NCBI GenBank assembly: GCA_024642215.1
Contig: JAHEBO010000002.1
Location: 53,360 to 117,359 of the forward strand
Direction of reading: 5' to 3'
Length of the DNA stretch: 64,000 nucleotides
DNA from: Limnohabitans sp.
GTDB lineage: Bacteria; Pseudomonadota; Gammaproteobacteria; Burkholderiales; Burkholderiaceae_C
Shown here: positions 18,384 to 28,686 of the stretch, in pieces
How the letters are laid out: each line of letters opens with the position of its first letter
Numbering within the stretch: position 1 is the stretch's first letter
Notes under the pieces: model-generated
The model's input: only the letters and a program-made list of their open reading frames with translations
What the model was told of the DNA's origin: nothing
Databases searched by the model: none
Program-made: the position numbers and the translations under genes

Positions 18384-19382
18384 TCAGTCGTTCAAATGAC
18401 AGGCGGCTTGATGCATCAGACCAACAGTTTTCAATTGTGGTTCTTCAACTTTGCAACGCTCCGTTGCTTTGGGGCAGCGAGGATGAAAGTGGCAACCTGT
18501 GGGCCGGTTCACCGGGTTTGGCACATCGCCCGTCAACACGATGCGTTTTTTCTTGGCAGTGGGATCAGGAATGGGAACGGCCGACAGCAAGGCTTCTGTG
18601 TAGGGGTGCTTGGGTTGTGTGTACAACTCACGGGAGCTGGCAATTTCAACCACACGACCCAAGTACATCACGGCAACTCGATTGCTGATGTGCTCCACCA
18701 CCGACAGGTCATGGGCAATGAACAAATAGGTCAAGCCCATTTTGGCTTGAAGGTCTTCAAGCAGGTTAATCACCTGCGCCTGAATGGACACATCCAAGGC
18801 TGAGACTGGTTCGTCACACACAATGAGTTTGGGCGACACGGCCAGCGCACGAGCAATGCCAATGCGCTGTCGCTGACCGCCAGAAAACTCGTGCGGAAAG
18901 CGTTTCATGTGATCGGCATTCAAACCTACGGTTTCAAGCAAGTCCACAATGCGCGCCCGATACTCTTCTGTTGAATGGGTGAGCTTATGAATGGTGAGCG
19001 CTTCGCCAATAATGGCCTCAACGGTCATGCGCGGATTCAAAGACGCAAATGGGTCTTGGAAAATAATTTGCATGTCGCGGCGAATTTCGCGCAAGGCATC
19101 ACTTCCCATGGTGGTGACGTTGAGGCCATTGAATTTCACTTCGCCCGAACTGGGTTCGATTAAACGCAGAATGCAGCGACCTGTGGTGGACTTGCCGCAA
19201 CCGGACTCACCCACCATGCCAAGTGTTTCGCCAGCTTCAATGTGAAAGCTCACGCCATCGACTGCATGGACGCGGTCAACTTCTCGACCCAAAATGCCAC
19301 CTTTGATGGGGAAGTATTTGGTCAGGCCATTGACCTCTAGCAAGGGCGTGGGGTTGGAGGACAAGCTTGTTTGATCTGACAT
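18384..19382 (-). CDS. Peptide/nickel-type ABC transporter ATP-binding protein (DppF/OppF-like)
   Basis: Walker [10 protein letters not shown], signature [14 protein letters not shown], and a C-terminal oligopeptide-ABC extension (...[11 protein letters not shown]...). The start at 19382 (MSDQTS...) is preferred over 19406, which would overlap the upstream gene. Confidence 0.9.
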   Translation of the reverse strand: MSDQTSLSSNPTPLLEVNGLTKYFPIKGGILGREVDRVHAVDGVSFHIEAGETLGMVGESGCGKSTTGRCILRLIEPSSGEVKFNGLNVTTMGSDALREIRRDMQIIFQDPFASLNPRMTVEAIIGEALTIHKLTHSTEEYRARIVDLLETVGLNADHMKRFPHEFSGGQRQRIGIARALAVSPKLIVCDEPVSALDVSIQAQVINLLEDLQAKMGLTYLFIAHDLSVVEHISNRVAVMYLGRVVEIASSRELYTQPKHPYTEALLSAVPIPDPTAKKKRIVLTGDVPNPVNRPTGCHFHPRCPKATERCKVEEPQLKTVGLMHQAACHLND

Positions 19383-19387
19383 GGCGT

Positions 19388-20365
19388 TTAAAGTGAGAAG
19401 TGGCATGCCACTTTGTGTCCTGTTGCAATTTCTCGCAACTCAGGCATTTCTTGTGTACAACGGTCGCTAGCGTGATGGCACCTTGGGGCAAATCGACATC
19501 CTTTTGGAGGATTGATCAATTTGGGAACTGAGCCTGGAATAGCTTCCAACCTTTGCTTGTGTTCATTGTCAAAATCAATTCGCGGAATAGAACGAATCAG
19601 TCCTTGGGTATACGGGTGTGCTGGCGAAGCAAACAAATGCTCAACAGTAGCCTCTTCCACGACGCGCCCGGCATACATCACCACCACGCGCTGGGCTGTT
19701 TCGGCCACAACCCCCATGGCGTGTGTGATCAGCATGATGGACATGCCCATCTGCGATTTGAGATCGTTCAGTAAATCGAGAATTTGCGCTTGAATGGTCA
19801 CATCCAAAGCAGTGGTTGGCTCGTCAGCAATTAACAGTTTTGGCTTACAAGCCAAAGCCATGGCAATCATGACTCGCTGACGCATCCCACCCGAAAACTG
19901 GTGCGGATAGTCATTGACGCGCTGTTCAGGCTTGGGAATGTTCACCAAGCGCAGCATTTCTGTGGCTTGCACCATGGCCTGCTTGGGCGTTAAACCTTCA
20001 TGCAAACGCAAAGATTCTGCAATTTGCTCACCCACGCTCAGCACAGGATTGAGCGAAGTCATGGGCTCCTGGAAAATCATGGCAATTTCTTTGGCCCGCA
20101 AACTGCGCATGGCTTGCGCGTCTGCTTGAACAAGGTCTTGACCTTCAAACCAAATTTGACCATTGGCAATGCGGCCTGGCGGCATGGCCAACAATTTCAT
20201 GATGGTCATGGCTGTGACGCTTTTGCCGCAGCCAGACTCACCCACAACACCTAAAGTTTCACTGCGATCAATGTGCAAATTGACACCATCCACCGCATGT
20301 AAAACACCGTCATCGGTGTCAAAGTGCACTTTCAGGTCTTGAATTCTCAACAAGGGGTTGGACAT
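19388..20365 (-). CDS. Peptide/nickel-type ABC transporter ATP-binding protein (DppD/OppD-like)
   Basis: 325 aa. Walker [10 protein letters not shown], signature [15 protein letters not shown]-terminal ...[10 protein letters not shown].... Confidence 0.9.
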   Translation of the reverse strand: MSNPLLRIQDLKVHFDTDDGVLHAVDGVNLHIDRSETLGVVGESGCGKSVTAMTIMKLLAMPPGRIANGQIWFEGQDLVQADAQAMRSLRAKEIAMIFQEPMTSLNPVLSVGEQIAESLRLHEGLTPKQAMVQATEMLRLVNIPKPEQRVNDYPHQFSGGMRQRVMIAMALACKPKLLIADEPTTALDVTIQAQILDLLNDLKSQMGMSIMLITHAMGVVAETAQRVVVMYAGRVVEEATVEHLFASPAHPYTQGLIRSIPRIDFDNEHKQRLEAIPGSVPKLINPPKGCRFAPRCHHASDRCTQEMPELREIATGHKVACHFSL

Positions 20366-20377
20366 TCAGAAACCTCT

Positions 20378-21316
20378 TTACAGCACACGGCGTGGATCAT
20401 AGGCATCGCGCAAACCGTCGCCTATGTAATTGATGGTGAGCACGGTGATGAAAATCAGCGCGCCAGGAAATAAAGCCCAATGAACGGCAACGTCCATGTG
20501 ATCTTTGGCATCGAACAAGATGCGTCCCCACGTGGGGATATCGGGCGGAAAACCCAGGCCCAAAAATGACAAGGTTGATTCGGCAATGATGGCCGCAGCC
20601 ACGTCAATGGTGGCCGCCACAATGACCGGGCCCATGGCATTGGGCAAAATGTGCACGGTCACTTGACGCCACTTGCTGGCACCCAAGGCACGGGCTGCCT
20701 CCACAAATTCTTTTTCACGCAAAGTGAGAAACTGCGCACGAACCAAACGCGCCACAGGCATCCAACGCAAGCCGCCAATCACGGCAACCACCAAGATGAA
20801 AACACCGGCTTCAGGGCCGATCAATTTTTTCAGGGTGTCGTTGAACAGGTAAAAAATCAGAAGAAGCAAAGGCAGCTGAGGCAAAGACAGGAACAAGTCT
20901 GTGACCCACATCAGGAAGACATCGACAGGCCCCTTGGACATCCCCGCTACGGCGCCAACAAGCACACCCACGCTGATGGCAATCAGCATGGCGGCCAAGC
21001 CGACAGCCAATGAGATACGGCCACCGTACAAAATACGCGCCAACAAATCTTGACCTAAATCGTCGGTACCGAGTGGATGCGCCCATGAGGGGCCTTGCAT
21101 GCGGGCACCAAAATCAATTTCATTGATGGGCACTCGCCACAGCCAAGGGCCGAGTAAAACGGCCAGCACAATGATGCTCAGCACCACCGTGCAAAGCACA
21201 GCCAATTTGTGACGCTTGAAACGTCGCCAAGCCTCTTTGCCTGGCGAGTGAACTGCTGCTTTGGCCCCAGGGGCCTTGGCATCAGTTGAAGGAGATGCGA
21301 GGGTCGAGCCAGCCAT
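20378..21316 (-). CDS. Peptide/nickel-type ABC transporter permease (DppC-like)
   Basis: Multi-TM protein with an EAA-type loop (...EFVEAARALGASKWRQVTVHILPN...). The ATG at 21316 overlaps the upstream permease 3' end; the track start at 21346 is a TTG. Confidence 0.85.
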   Translation of the reverse strand: MAGSTLASPSTDAKAPGAKAAVHSPGKEAWRRFKRHKLAVLCTVVLSIIVLAVLLGPWLWRVPINEIDFGARMQGPSWAHPLGTDDLGQDLLARILYGGRISLAVGLAAMLIAISVGVLVGAVAGMSKGPVDVFLMWVTDLFLSLPQLPLLLLIFYLFNDTLKKLIGPEAGVFILVVAVIGGLRWMPVARLVRAQFLTLREKEFVEAARALGASKWRQVTVHILPNAMGPVIVAATIDVAAAIIAESTLSFLGLGFPPDIPTWGRILFDAKDHMDVAVHWALFPGALIFITVLTINYIGDGLRDAYDPRRVL

Positions 21317-22241
21317 ACAAAATATCTGCCAAAAGATTACACGCAATCACCAACGTGGAAAAAACAAAGGTCACCGCCATGACAACAGGTGTGTCGTTGG
21401 CCAACATCGAACTGATGATGAGTGAGCCAATGCCGGGGATTCGGAAAATTTGCTCCGTGACAATGGCACCGCCAAAGATGGCGGGCATCTGAAGGGCAAC
21501 CAAAGTGACAACGGGAATGAGCGCATTGCGCAACACGTGTTTGGTGATCACCACTTTTTCTGCCAAGCCTTTAGAGCGTGCCGTGGTGACGTAATCCAAA
21601 CGAATCACATCCAGTACTGCCGATCGAACATAACGCGTCCAAGCACCTGCTTGGAATAGGCCCAGTACAGTCACAGGCATGATCATTTGCTTGAAATGCT
21701 CCCAGTAAAAACTGAAGCCGGTTTCTGAAATGTCAGCACGGTACACAAATGGTAGCCAATCTAAGTGGATGCTGAAAAACAAAATCAACAGAATGCCAGT
21801 GAAGAACGTTGGCAATGAGAAACCAATAAAAGCCAAGGTACTGGCAATTTGGTCAAACAAAGAATACGGCTTGGTCGCCGCATAAACACCCACAGGGATA
21901 GCAATGCACAAGGCCAACAATTGCGATGAGCCAATCACCAGTAAGGTGACGGGAATGCGCTGCAAGATGAGCGTTTCAACGTTGATGCGGCTGATGAACG
22001 AATAGCCCCAGTCGCCTTGGACCATGGCCGTGAGCCAGTTCCAATAGCGAACCATGAGCGGGTCGTTCAAGCCAAATTTTTCGCGCAAGGCCATGGCCAC
22101 TTCGGGTGGAATATTCGGGTTGGAAACCAACTCCGAAAATGGATCACCCGGTGCCATTGCCAATACGGAAAACAACACCAAACTAATGCCCAGCAAGCTG
22201 GGCACGGCGATCATCAATCGCCGCAGAATGTAACGAAACAT
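21282..22241 (-). CDS. Peptide/nickel-type ABC transporter permease (DppB-like)
   Basis: 319 aa. Canonical N-terminus MFRYILRRLMIAVPSLLGISLVLF and ...YVTTARSKGLAEKVVITKHVLRNAL.... Confidence 0.9.
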   Translation of the reverse strand: MFRYILRRLMIAVPSLLGISLVLFSVLAMAPGDPFSELVSNPNIPPEVAMALREKFGLNDPLMVRYWNWLTAMVQGDWGYSFISRINVETLILQRIPVTLLVIGSSQLLALCIAIPVGVYAATKPYSLFDQIASTLAFIGFSLPTFFTGILLILFFSIHLDWLPFVYRADISETGFSFYWEHFKQMIMPVTVLGLFQAGAWTRYVRSAVLDVIRLDYVTTARSKGLAEKVVITKHVLRNALIPVVTLVALQMPAIFGGAIVTEQIFRIPGIGSLIISSMLANDTPVVMAVTFVFSTLVIACNLLADILYGWLDPRISFN

Positions 22242-22251
22242 AAAACCTTAC

Positions 22252-24042
22252 TTAGGTGGTCTTGTACCAGTCTTTCAACAACCACAGGTCATTGTCCCAA
22301 CCCGACAAAGGTGCAACCAAGCTGTTGAGCACACCGGCCGTACGTGGACGGTACACCAACGGAATGATGGCAATGTCATTGACAGGCATGTCGTTCATCT
22401 TGACGAACAAGGCTGCGCGCTTAACGGGGTCCATTTCGGATTGCGCAGCCAAATACGTTTTGTCGTATTCAGGATTGCTGTAACGTGTTGAATTTCTACC
22501 CAACCACTTGTTAGCTTTGGTTGCAAACTCAGAAGTGATGTACTGGTTCATGAACACTTCTGGATCAGGCTGAGGCATGGTCGTTGTGAACATCTGAATG
22601 TCCGCAAAGAACTTGGTGTACGTGTCTGGGTTTGCAGGATCCGATGAGAAGTAAACCGATGCGGGCACCGATTTCAATTCCATGTCAATGCCGGCCTTTT
22701 GAGCAGCTTGCTTGATGATCTGCTGCGTTTTCTGACGCGGGCCGTTGATTGAAGTTGAAAAAACAAACTTCAATTTCTTGCCACCTTTTTCGCGAATGCC
22801 ATCGGCACCCTTCTTCCAACCTGCCGCTTCCAACACTTGGTTGGCTTTGTCGACATTGAACTCAAACTTGGTGTTTTTGGACACAAAGCGTTGTGGGTTG
22901 TTCAAGAAGTTGGAGGTGGCAATGCCAGTGCGGCCATAGATGTATTTTTGAACACCATCACGGTCAACGACCAAGCTGATCGCCTGACGCACAGCAAACT
23001 CAGACAAGATGGGGTGCTTGGATTTGGGGTGAGCGCGCTCGCCATCAGTTTCAGTCCAAGGATCGGCCATGTTCAATTGAATGAACTCAATGTTGCCGCC
23101 TGGGGTGATGGTGGTCTTGCCCTTGCCGCCTTGCTCAAGACGCAAGAGCAATTCGTCTTCCACTTGCAAATTCCAAGCGTAGTCGTACTCACCGGTTTGC
23201 AAAACGGCACGCGCTGCAGAAACGGCATCGCCGCCACCCTTCATTTCAATGCTGTCGAAATAAGGACGGTTGGCTTCATGGTAGTTGGTATTGATCACAC
23301 CGCGAAGCATGTCACCGGGTTTGAAATCGGTGAATTTGTAGGGGCCTGTACCGACGGGCTTGAGGTTGCCTGGCGCGTCGCGTGAAGTTGCACCTTTGTA
23401 ATTTTCAAAGATGTGCTTGGGAATGATCATGCCGGCTGCGCTGACAAAGGGGTCGGCCCAGAATGGCGAGGGTTTTTGGTATTCCACCTTGACCGTGTGC
23501 GAGTCCACCTTGGTGACCTTGACATCCTTGTAGGACCCATTGGTGTAAGCTGAAGTGGCTGGGTCGGCAGCGTAGGCAGCAGTGAAGACCACGTCATCGG
23601 CAGTGAAGGGCTTGCCGTCGTGCCACTGCACGTTCTTTTTGAGTTTCCAAGTGATGGTTTTGCCATCCTTCGAAACACCACCATTGGCCAATGAGGGCAC
23701 TTCAGCGGCCAAGATGGTCACCATGTTGCCATCGTGATCCCATGCAGCCAGGGGTTCGTAAAAAATACGTGAACCTTCTTGGTCTTTGGTACCGCTGGCG
23801 AAGTGGGGCTGCAGCAGCGTAGCACCTTGCCACCACAACAACTTCAGAGGACCGCCACCACCACGCTTGGTGGGCTTGTAAGCAGATGCTGTTTGAGCTT
23901 GCGCCAATCCAGAAGTCAAGAGCATTTGAGCGGCCATCGGCACGGTCAAACCAACACCCACCATTTGACGGATGAATTGCTTGCGGGTTACTGAGTTTTC
24001 TCGAACCTGCTCGATCAGGCCACGTACTTCACTCTCGTTCAT
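22252..24042 (-). CDS. Family-5 (peptide/nickel) ABC substrate-binding protein with Tat-like signal
   Basis: 596 aa from MNESEVRGLIEQVRENSVTRKQFIRQMVGVGLTVPMAAQMLLTSGLAQAQ. Collinear with SBP_bac_5 proteins. The track start at 24117 adds an implausible N-terminus. Confidence 0.85.
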   Translation of the reverse strand: MNESEVRGLIEQVRENSVTRKQFIRQMVGVGLTVPMAAQMLLTSGLAQAQTASAYKPTKRGGGGPLKLLWWQGATLLQPHFASGTKDQEGSRIFYEPLAAWDHDGNMVTILAAEVPSLANGGVSKDGKTITWKLKKNVQWHDGKPFTADDVVFTAAYAADPATSAYTNGSYKDVKVTKVDSHTVKVEYQKPSPFWADPFVSAAGMIIPKHIFENYKGATSRDAPGNLKPVGTGPYKFTDFKPGDMLRGVINTNYHEANRPYFDSIEMKGGGDAVSAARAVLQTGEYDYAWNLQVEDELLLRLEQGGKGKTTITPGGNIEFIQLNMADPWTETDGERAHPKSKHPILSEFAVRQAISLVVDRDGVQKYIYGRTGIATSNFLNNPQRFVSKNTKFEFNVDKANQVLEAAGWKKGADGIREKGGKKLKFVFSTSINGPRQKTQQIIKQAAQKAGIDMELKSVPASVYFSSDPANPDTYTKFFADIQMFTTTMPQPDPEVFMNQYITSEFATKANKWLGRNSTRYSNPEYDKTYLAAQSEMDPVKRAALFVKMNDMPVNDIAIIPLVYRPRTAGVLNSLVAPLSGWDNDLWLLKDWYKTT

Positions 24043-24176
24043 CTTGATCTCCTGAAAATAAAAAATGAGATGTTCAAAAACACATCGCACCCTAACTCTA
24101 ATCGATAAATTCGACATTAGGGTTTTGCATTAGACAGAATCGACATAAACTAATTTCTTTCCAACAAAGGATTGCC

Positions 24177-25358
24177 ATGGCCATCAAAAAACGATCTGTT
24201 CAACTGCCCAGCATGACACCCGGTACGCATCGCACTGTTTCCGTGCTCAGCTTTGGCAAATCTGGTGCACGCCCCAAGGTGTACATGCAAGCGGCCATTC
24301 ATGCCAATGAGATGCCAGGCACCATGGCGCTTCACTATTTGATGCCCATGCTGGCCGAAGCCGACAAAAAAGGTTTGATCAAGGGTGAGATCATTTTGGT
24401 GCCAACCGTCAATCCAATTGGTCAGTCTCAACTTGTAGGCAATTCTCATGCCGGTCGCTACAACCACCTGAGCAACGAGAATTTCAATCGCAATTGGATC
24501 GACCTGTCTGAGGGTGTGGCAGAAAAAGTTTGGAAAAAAATCGGCACAGATGCGCAGGCCAACGTGAAGATGATTCGCAAGGCTGCACTCGAAACCCTCA
24601 ACGCGATGAAACCTGCAAACGAGTTGCAAACATTGCGCGTTGAAATGCAAAAAATGAGCACCGATGCCGACTACGTGTTGGATTTACATTGCGACATTTA
24701 TGCCGCATTGCACTTGTTCACAGCGCACAATGACTGGGTTAAAGGCCCCAACGGGCCATTGGGCAACCAAGGTGCGGTGCAAGCTTTGGCCGCCGATTTG
24801 GGCGTTGAAGCGACCATGTTCAACGACCCCTATCCTGCCACCCTCACCTTCTCTGGCGTCAACAGTGCATTGTGGGCACGTCTGCAAGACAAGTTTCCGA
24901 ATGCAGCCATTCCACAAGCCTGTATGTCGGTCACCCTTGAGATGCGAAGCCAACACGATGTCAGCGATGCATTGGGCAAGTCCGACGCTCAGAATTTATA
25001 CCGCTGGTTGGTTCGTCAAGGCGTTGTGGGGGGCAAGGTTGAACCACTGAAGAAAATGAAATCTGCGCCATCGCCCATCAGCGGCATGGACGTGGGTTAC
25101 AGCACTGGCACCGGTTTCTTGGTTTTCCACGTCAAGCCCGGTGCCAAAGTGAAGAAGGGTCAGGCCATTTGTGACGTGATTGATCCGGCCAACCCCAATG
25201 GCCCTCAAGCGAGAACCACTTACAAAAGCGCAACCGATGGCATTTTGTTCTCCAGACGCTTCGATGGTTATCTGTCTTGGCCAGGTCAGGTGATGTACCG
25301 TATCGCAGGACCCAAGCCACTGGCACACCGCATTGGAACGTCGGGCTTGGATGACTGA
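24177..25358 (+). CDS. Succinylglutamate desuccinylase/aspartoacylase (M14-like zinc deacylase) family protein
   Basis: 393 aa. Zn-binding ...QAAIHANEMPG... near the N-terminus and ...LDLHCD... further on. Divergent from the peptide ABC operon. Confidence 0.75.
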   Translation: MAIKKRSVQLPSMTPGTHRTVSVLSFGKSGARPKVYMQAAIHANEMPGTMALHYLMPMLAEADKKGLIKGEIILVPTVNPIGQSQLVGNSHAGRYNHLSNENFNRNWIDLSEGVAEKVWKKIGTDAQANVKMIRKAALETLNAMKPANELQTLRVEMQKMSTDADYVLDLHCDIYAALHLFTAHNDWVKGPNGPLGNQGAVQALAADLGVEATMFNDPYPATLTFSGVNSALWARLQDKFPNAAIPQACMSVTLEMRSQHDVSDALGKSDAQNLYRWLVRQGVVGGKVEPLKKMKSAPSPISGMDVGYSTGTGFLVFHVKPGAKVKKGQAICDVIDPANPNGPQARTTYKSATDGILFSRRFDGYLSWPGQVMYRIAGPKPLAHRIGTSGLDD

Positions 25359-25361
25359 TCA

Positions 25362-25387
25362 AAACGATCCTGAAAGCAGGATCGTTT
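25362..25387. terminator. Perfect 11-bp stem hairpin between convergent genes (bidirectional terminator candidate)
   Basis: AAACGATCCTG-aaag-CAGGATCGTTT, located 4 nt after the stop at 25358 and 10 nt before the convergent stop at 25398. Confidence 0.7.
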
Positions 25388-25397
25388 GACGCAAGGC

Positions 25398-25904
25398 TTA
25401 GATTTTTCCGAGGTAATCGGCCTTGCCAATTTCCACGCCACTGGCTCGCAGCATGCTGTAGGTGGTGGTGGTGTGAAAATGCAAGTTGGGCAAGCCGTGG
25501 CCTAACAAAAACTGCATGCCTTTGTAGTGCGTTTCTTTGTCGCCTCGTTTCACCACAATGTCTTTGTCTTCTGTGCCATCAATCTGCTCGGGCTTGAAGG
25601 TTTCTAAAAAAGCAATTGTTTTGGCAATGCGCGCTTGCAAATCCTTCAAATCTTTTTCGGTGTCTTCATGGGCTGGAATCTCAACCCCGGCCAAACGAGC
25701 CACCAAGCCTTTGCTGACATCACAGGCAATTTGCACTTGTCGGCTCAACGGAAACATGTCGGGGTAAAGACGCATCGAAGCGAACACCACTGGGTCTATC
25801 TTTTTGGCTTCAGCGTGAGCTTGGGCTTTGCCCAAAATGTGTGACAAATTGGTCAAGCCATTGATCAAACGTGGCACGCTGGCTTGGTACATTGAAATCG
25901 TCAT
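25398..25904 (-). CDS. DUF1993 domain-containing protein
   Basis: 168 aa from MTISMYQASVPRLINGLTNLSHIL..., the typical DUF1993 N-terminus. Confidence 0.8.
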   Translation of the reverse strand: MTISMYQASVPRLINGLTNLSHILGKAQAHAEAKKIDPVVFASMRLYPDMFPLSRQVQIACDVSKGLVARLAGVEIPAHEDTEKDLKDLQARIAKTIAFLETFKPEQIDGTEDKDIVVKRGDKETHYKGMQFLLGHGLPNLHFHTTTTYSMLRASGVEIGKADYLGKI

Positions 25905-25955
25905 AAATTCTCCGTTAAAAAAATGAAAGCACTTCAAGTGCTGTGAAAGTTTGCT

Positions 25956-27143
25956 TCAAGCGGCGTCTAAAAACCGCTCAACAAGGCGCGTCCAAAAAGC
26001 AGCGCCGTACGACAAGTTTTGATCGTTGAAGTCATATTGTGGGTTGTGCAATAAGGCGCTGTCTGTGCCATTGCCTAGGCGCAAAAAGCAACCTGGCTTG
26101 TGCTGCAGGTAGTATGCAAAATCTTCACTACCGGTGACAGGACCAAATGGAAAGACCACTTTGTCTTCACCCACAAGTTCCACGGCCACTTGACGCGCAA
26201 ATTCTGTTTCGGCCGCAGAGTTGATCACCACAGGGTAACCGCGCTCATAAATGAGCTCCACTTCTCCGCCAAACGAGGCTACTTGCGAGGTCACCAAATC
26301 TTTGATGCGCTGCTCTAAGCGCTCACGCACCTGTGGGCTGAACGAGCGAATGCTCATCGACAAATTGGCAGTGTCTGGGATGACATTGGACACACTCCCA
26401 GCATGCGCAGTGCCAATGGTGACGACTGACGTTTGCAAGGGGTCAATGTTGCGAGACACCACCGTTTGCAATGACATGATCAAACTGCCCATGATGACCA
26501 CAGGATCTACCGTTTGATGGGGACGGGCAGCGTGCCCCCCCTTCCCTTTGACCTTGACATAGCAAGTATCCGAAGCCGACATGAAGGCCCCAGAACCAAA
26601 CATGAACGTCCCGACATCCACACCAGGATGGTTGTGAATGCCAAAAATTGCATCGCAAGGAAAGCGCTCAAACAAGCCATCGGCAATCATTTGCTGTGCG
26701 CCACTGTCCTTACCCGCTTCTTCAGCAGGTTGAAACACCAAATGCACAGTGCCCTTGAAATTTTTGGTTTTGGCCAATTGCTGTGCAGCGCCCAGCAACA
26801 TGGCGGTGTGCCCGTCATGACCGCAGGCATGCATGGTGCCGGCATGTTCACTGGCATAGGGCTTTTGTGTTTCTTCTTGAATTGGCAAGGCATCCATGTC
26901 AGCGCGCAAAGCAATGCCCTTGCCTTCGCCGTTTTTCAGAGAGGCCACCAAACCATGACCACCCACATTGCGAGTAACTTGGTAACCCCAGCCTTCCAGT
27001 TGATCGCCCACCCACTGCGCAGTCGATTTCTCTTGGAACGAAAGTTCAGGGAAACGGTGTAAATGTTGTCTCGCTTCACTCAATGACGCTTGTGCACCCA
27101 AGAGGTCGGAGAGTTTGCAATAACAGTCGTATCGTGCATTCAT
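25956..27143 (-). CDS. M20-family amidohydrolase (N-acyl-amino acid / hippurate hydrolase type)
   Basis: 395 aa from MNARYD.... ...MHACGHDGHTAMLLGAA... and ...VHLVFQPAEE... motifs. Confidence 0.85.
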   Translation of the reverse strand: MNARYDCYCKLSDLLGAQASLSEARQHLHRFPELSFQEKSTAQWVGDQLEGWGYQVTRNVGGHGLVASLKNGEGKGIALRADMDALPIQEETQKPYASEHAGTMHACGHDGHTAMLLGAAQQLAKTKNFKGTVHLVFQPAEEAGKDSGAQQMIADGLFERFPCDAIFGIHNHPGVDVGTFMFGSGAFMSASDTCYVKVKGKGGHAARPHQTVDPVVIMGSLIMSLQTVVSRNIDPLQTSVVTIGTAHAGSVSNVIPDTANLSMSIRSFSPQVRERLEQRIKDLVTSQVASFGGEVELIYERGYPVVINSAAETEFARQVAVELVGEDKVVFPFGPVTGSEDFAYYLQHKPGCFLRLGNGTDSALLHNPQYDFNDQNLSYGAAFWTRLVERFLDAA

Positions 27144-27163
27144 GACGGTGTCCTTTGGATTGT

Positions 27164-28564
27164 TCAAGTTGCATTTGCAAAATGGGGTGTGGCGGTGGTA
27201 CCAAGGTCCCAATACAAACCCGTCATCACCTGCAAGGCTTCTTTGAGCAATTCAGGTGGCAAATGTTCGTTGGGTGCATGTTGAGAGCAGCCCGGATAGG
27301 AATGCGGCACCCAAATGGTTTTCAAGCCCAGCACATCGGTAAAGATATCGTTGGGTAAAGAACCGCCCAAGTTTGGCAAGATGGCCGGTTTTTTCTGAGT
27401 GGTTGTTTGCAAGGACTTGGCAGCCCACGTCACCCAAGCATCATCTGGATCAATCCGTGTTGCTTTGAATATGTCATCTCTGGCTGCATCAATTTGTACA
27501 TGGCCAAAGCCATGGCTGTCCAAATGACGGCGTAAAGCGTCCAAAATGTCGGTGCTATCGATGCCCACCACAAATCGAAGTTGACATGTAGCTTTGGCTT
27601 TAGGCGGAATGGCATTGACCGGATTGTCGGGATTGCCTGTTTTAAAGGCCAACACTTCAAATGAGCACCATCCAAACACACGCTCAGCAGGACTTAAGCC
27701 TGGCTCACCCCATTCAGGCTCAATTTGGGGGCCATTGGCGCCGCCGTCTACTTCACAATCGGCCAACACACGTCGCACGGCATCTGGCAAAGCTTTGGGA
27801 CGCCATTCCGGCACTTTGATTTCGCCTCGCTCGGAGACAAGACTGGCAATGGCATGCGCCAATTGAATACCAGGGTTCGAAATCAAACCACCCCAGTTGC
27901 CAGAATGATGTGCACCTGCCCGCGATTCAATGCTCAAATCGAAGTTGATGCAACCTCTAGAGCCCAAGAAAATCGTAGGGCGATCTGCACGCAAACGCGG
28001 ACCATCGGATGCGATCAACAAATCAGCCTTGAGCAGATCGGCATTTTCGGCACAGACCTCTTTGAGACCCGGTGAACCTGTTTCTTCCCCCATCTCAATG
28101 ATGAATTTGGCATTGAAGCCTAAGTGACCACGCTCAGCCAAAACACATGACATGGCTTGCAAATTGACTGAATGCTGGCCTTTGTTGTCAGCAATGCCTC
28201 GGCCATACCAACGTCCCTCTAGCTCTGTCAGGTCCCATGGCGTGACACCTTCACGCCACTCGGTCTCCAAACCGCGAATCACATCCCCGTGTCCGTAACC
28301 CAAAACTGTTGGCAAATTGTCAGCCTCTATTCGCTGTGCAAACAAAAAAGGTGCTTTGGCCTTGGGGTGTTCTATCAATCGACACTCAAATCCCATGGAC
28401 TCGAGTGATGGCTGAATTTCCTCTTTGAGATAAGCCGGTAGCTCTGCCGCTCTTGCAGGATTTTGGCTTTCGGTGGGTCGTTTAATTCTGCGCTTGAGTG
28501 TCTCTTTGAACGAACCATCTTCAAAAACTGATGTTGCACGCTTGAGGGCTGCCTGTCGGGTCAT
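27164..28564 (-). CDS. M20/M25/M40-family metallopeptidase (dipeptidase-like)
   Basis: 466 aa. ...LGYGHGDV..., ...GRGIADNKGQ... and ...EMGEETGSPGL... metal/catalytic motifs. Confidence 0.8.
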   Translation of the reverse strand: MTRQAALKRATSVFEDGSFKETLKRRIKRPTESQNPARAAELPAYLKEEIQPSLESMGFECRLIEHPKAKAPFLFAQRIEADNLPTVLGYGHGDVIRGLETEWREGVTPWDLTELEGRWYGRGIADNKGQHSVNLQAMSCVLAERGHLGFNAKFIIEMGEETGSPGLKEVCAENADLLKADLLIASDGPRLRADRPTIFLGSRGCINFDLSIESRAGAHHSGNWGGLISNPGIQLAHAIASLVSERGEIKVPEWRPKALPDAVRRVLADCEVDGGANGPQIEPEWGEPGLSPAERVFGWCSFEVLAFKTGNPDNPVNAIPPKAKATCQLRFVVGIDSTDILDALRRHLDSHGFGHVQIDAARDDIFKATRIDPDDAWVTWAAKSLQTTTQKKPAILPNLGGSLPNDIFTDVLGLKTIWVPHSYPGCSQHAPNEHLPPELLKEALQVMTGLYWDLGTTATPHFANAT

Positions 28565-28686
28565 GGTGATTTTTGATGCTGCTAAAAAAACATCAGACTA
28601 CCTCAATTTAGAGTTTGAGGACCTTCAAGACTGTACAAACACACAAGACTTGAAGCAAAATTCGTTCATACAAGTCCACTTTTCCT

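Noticed and set aside
28621-28660. A short inverted repeat CTTCAAG...CTTGAAG and a duplicated AAGACT in the peptidase/cupin spacer.
   Set aside because: It is only 7 bp with a long irregular spacer. The adjacent perfect 14-bp palindrome is the credible element in this region.
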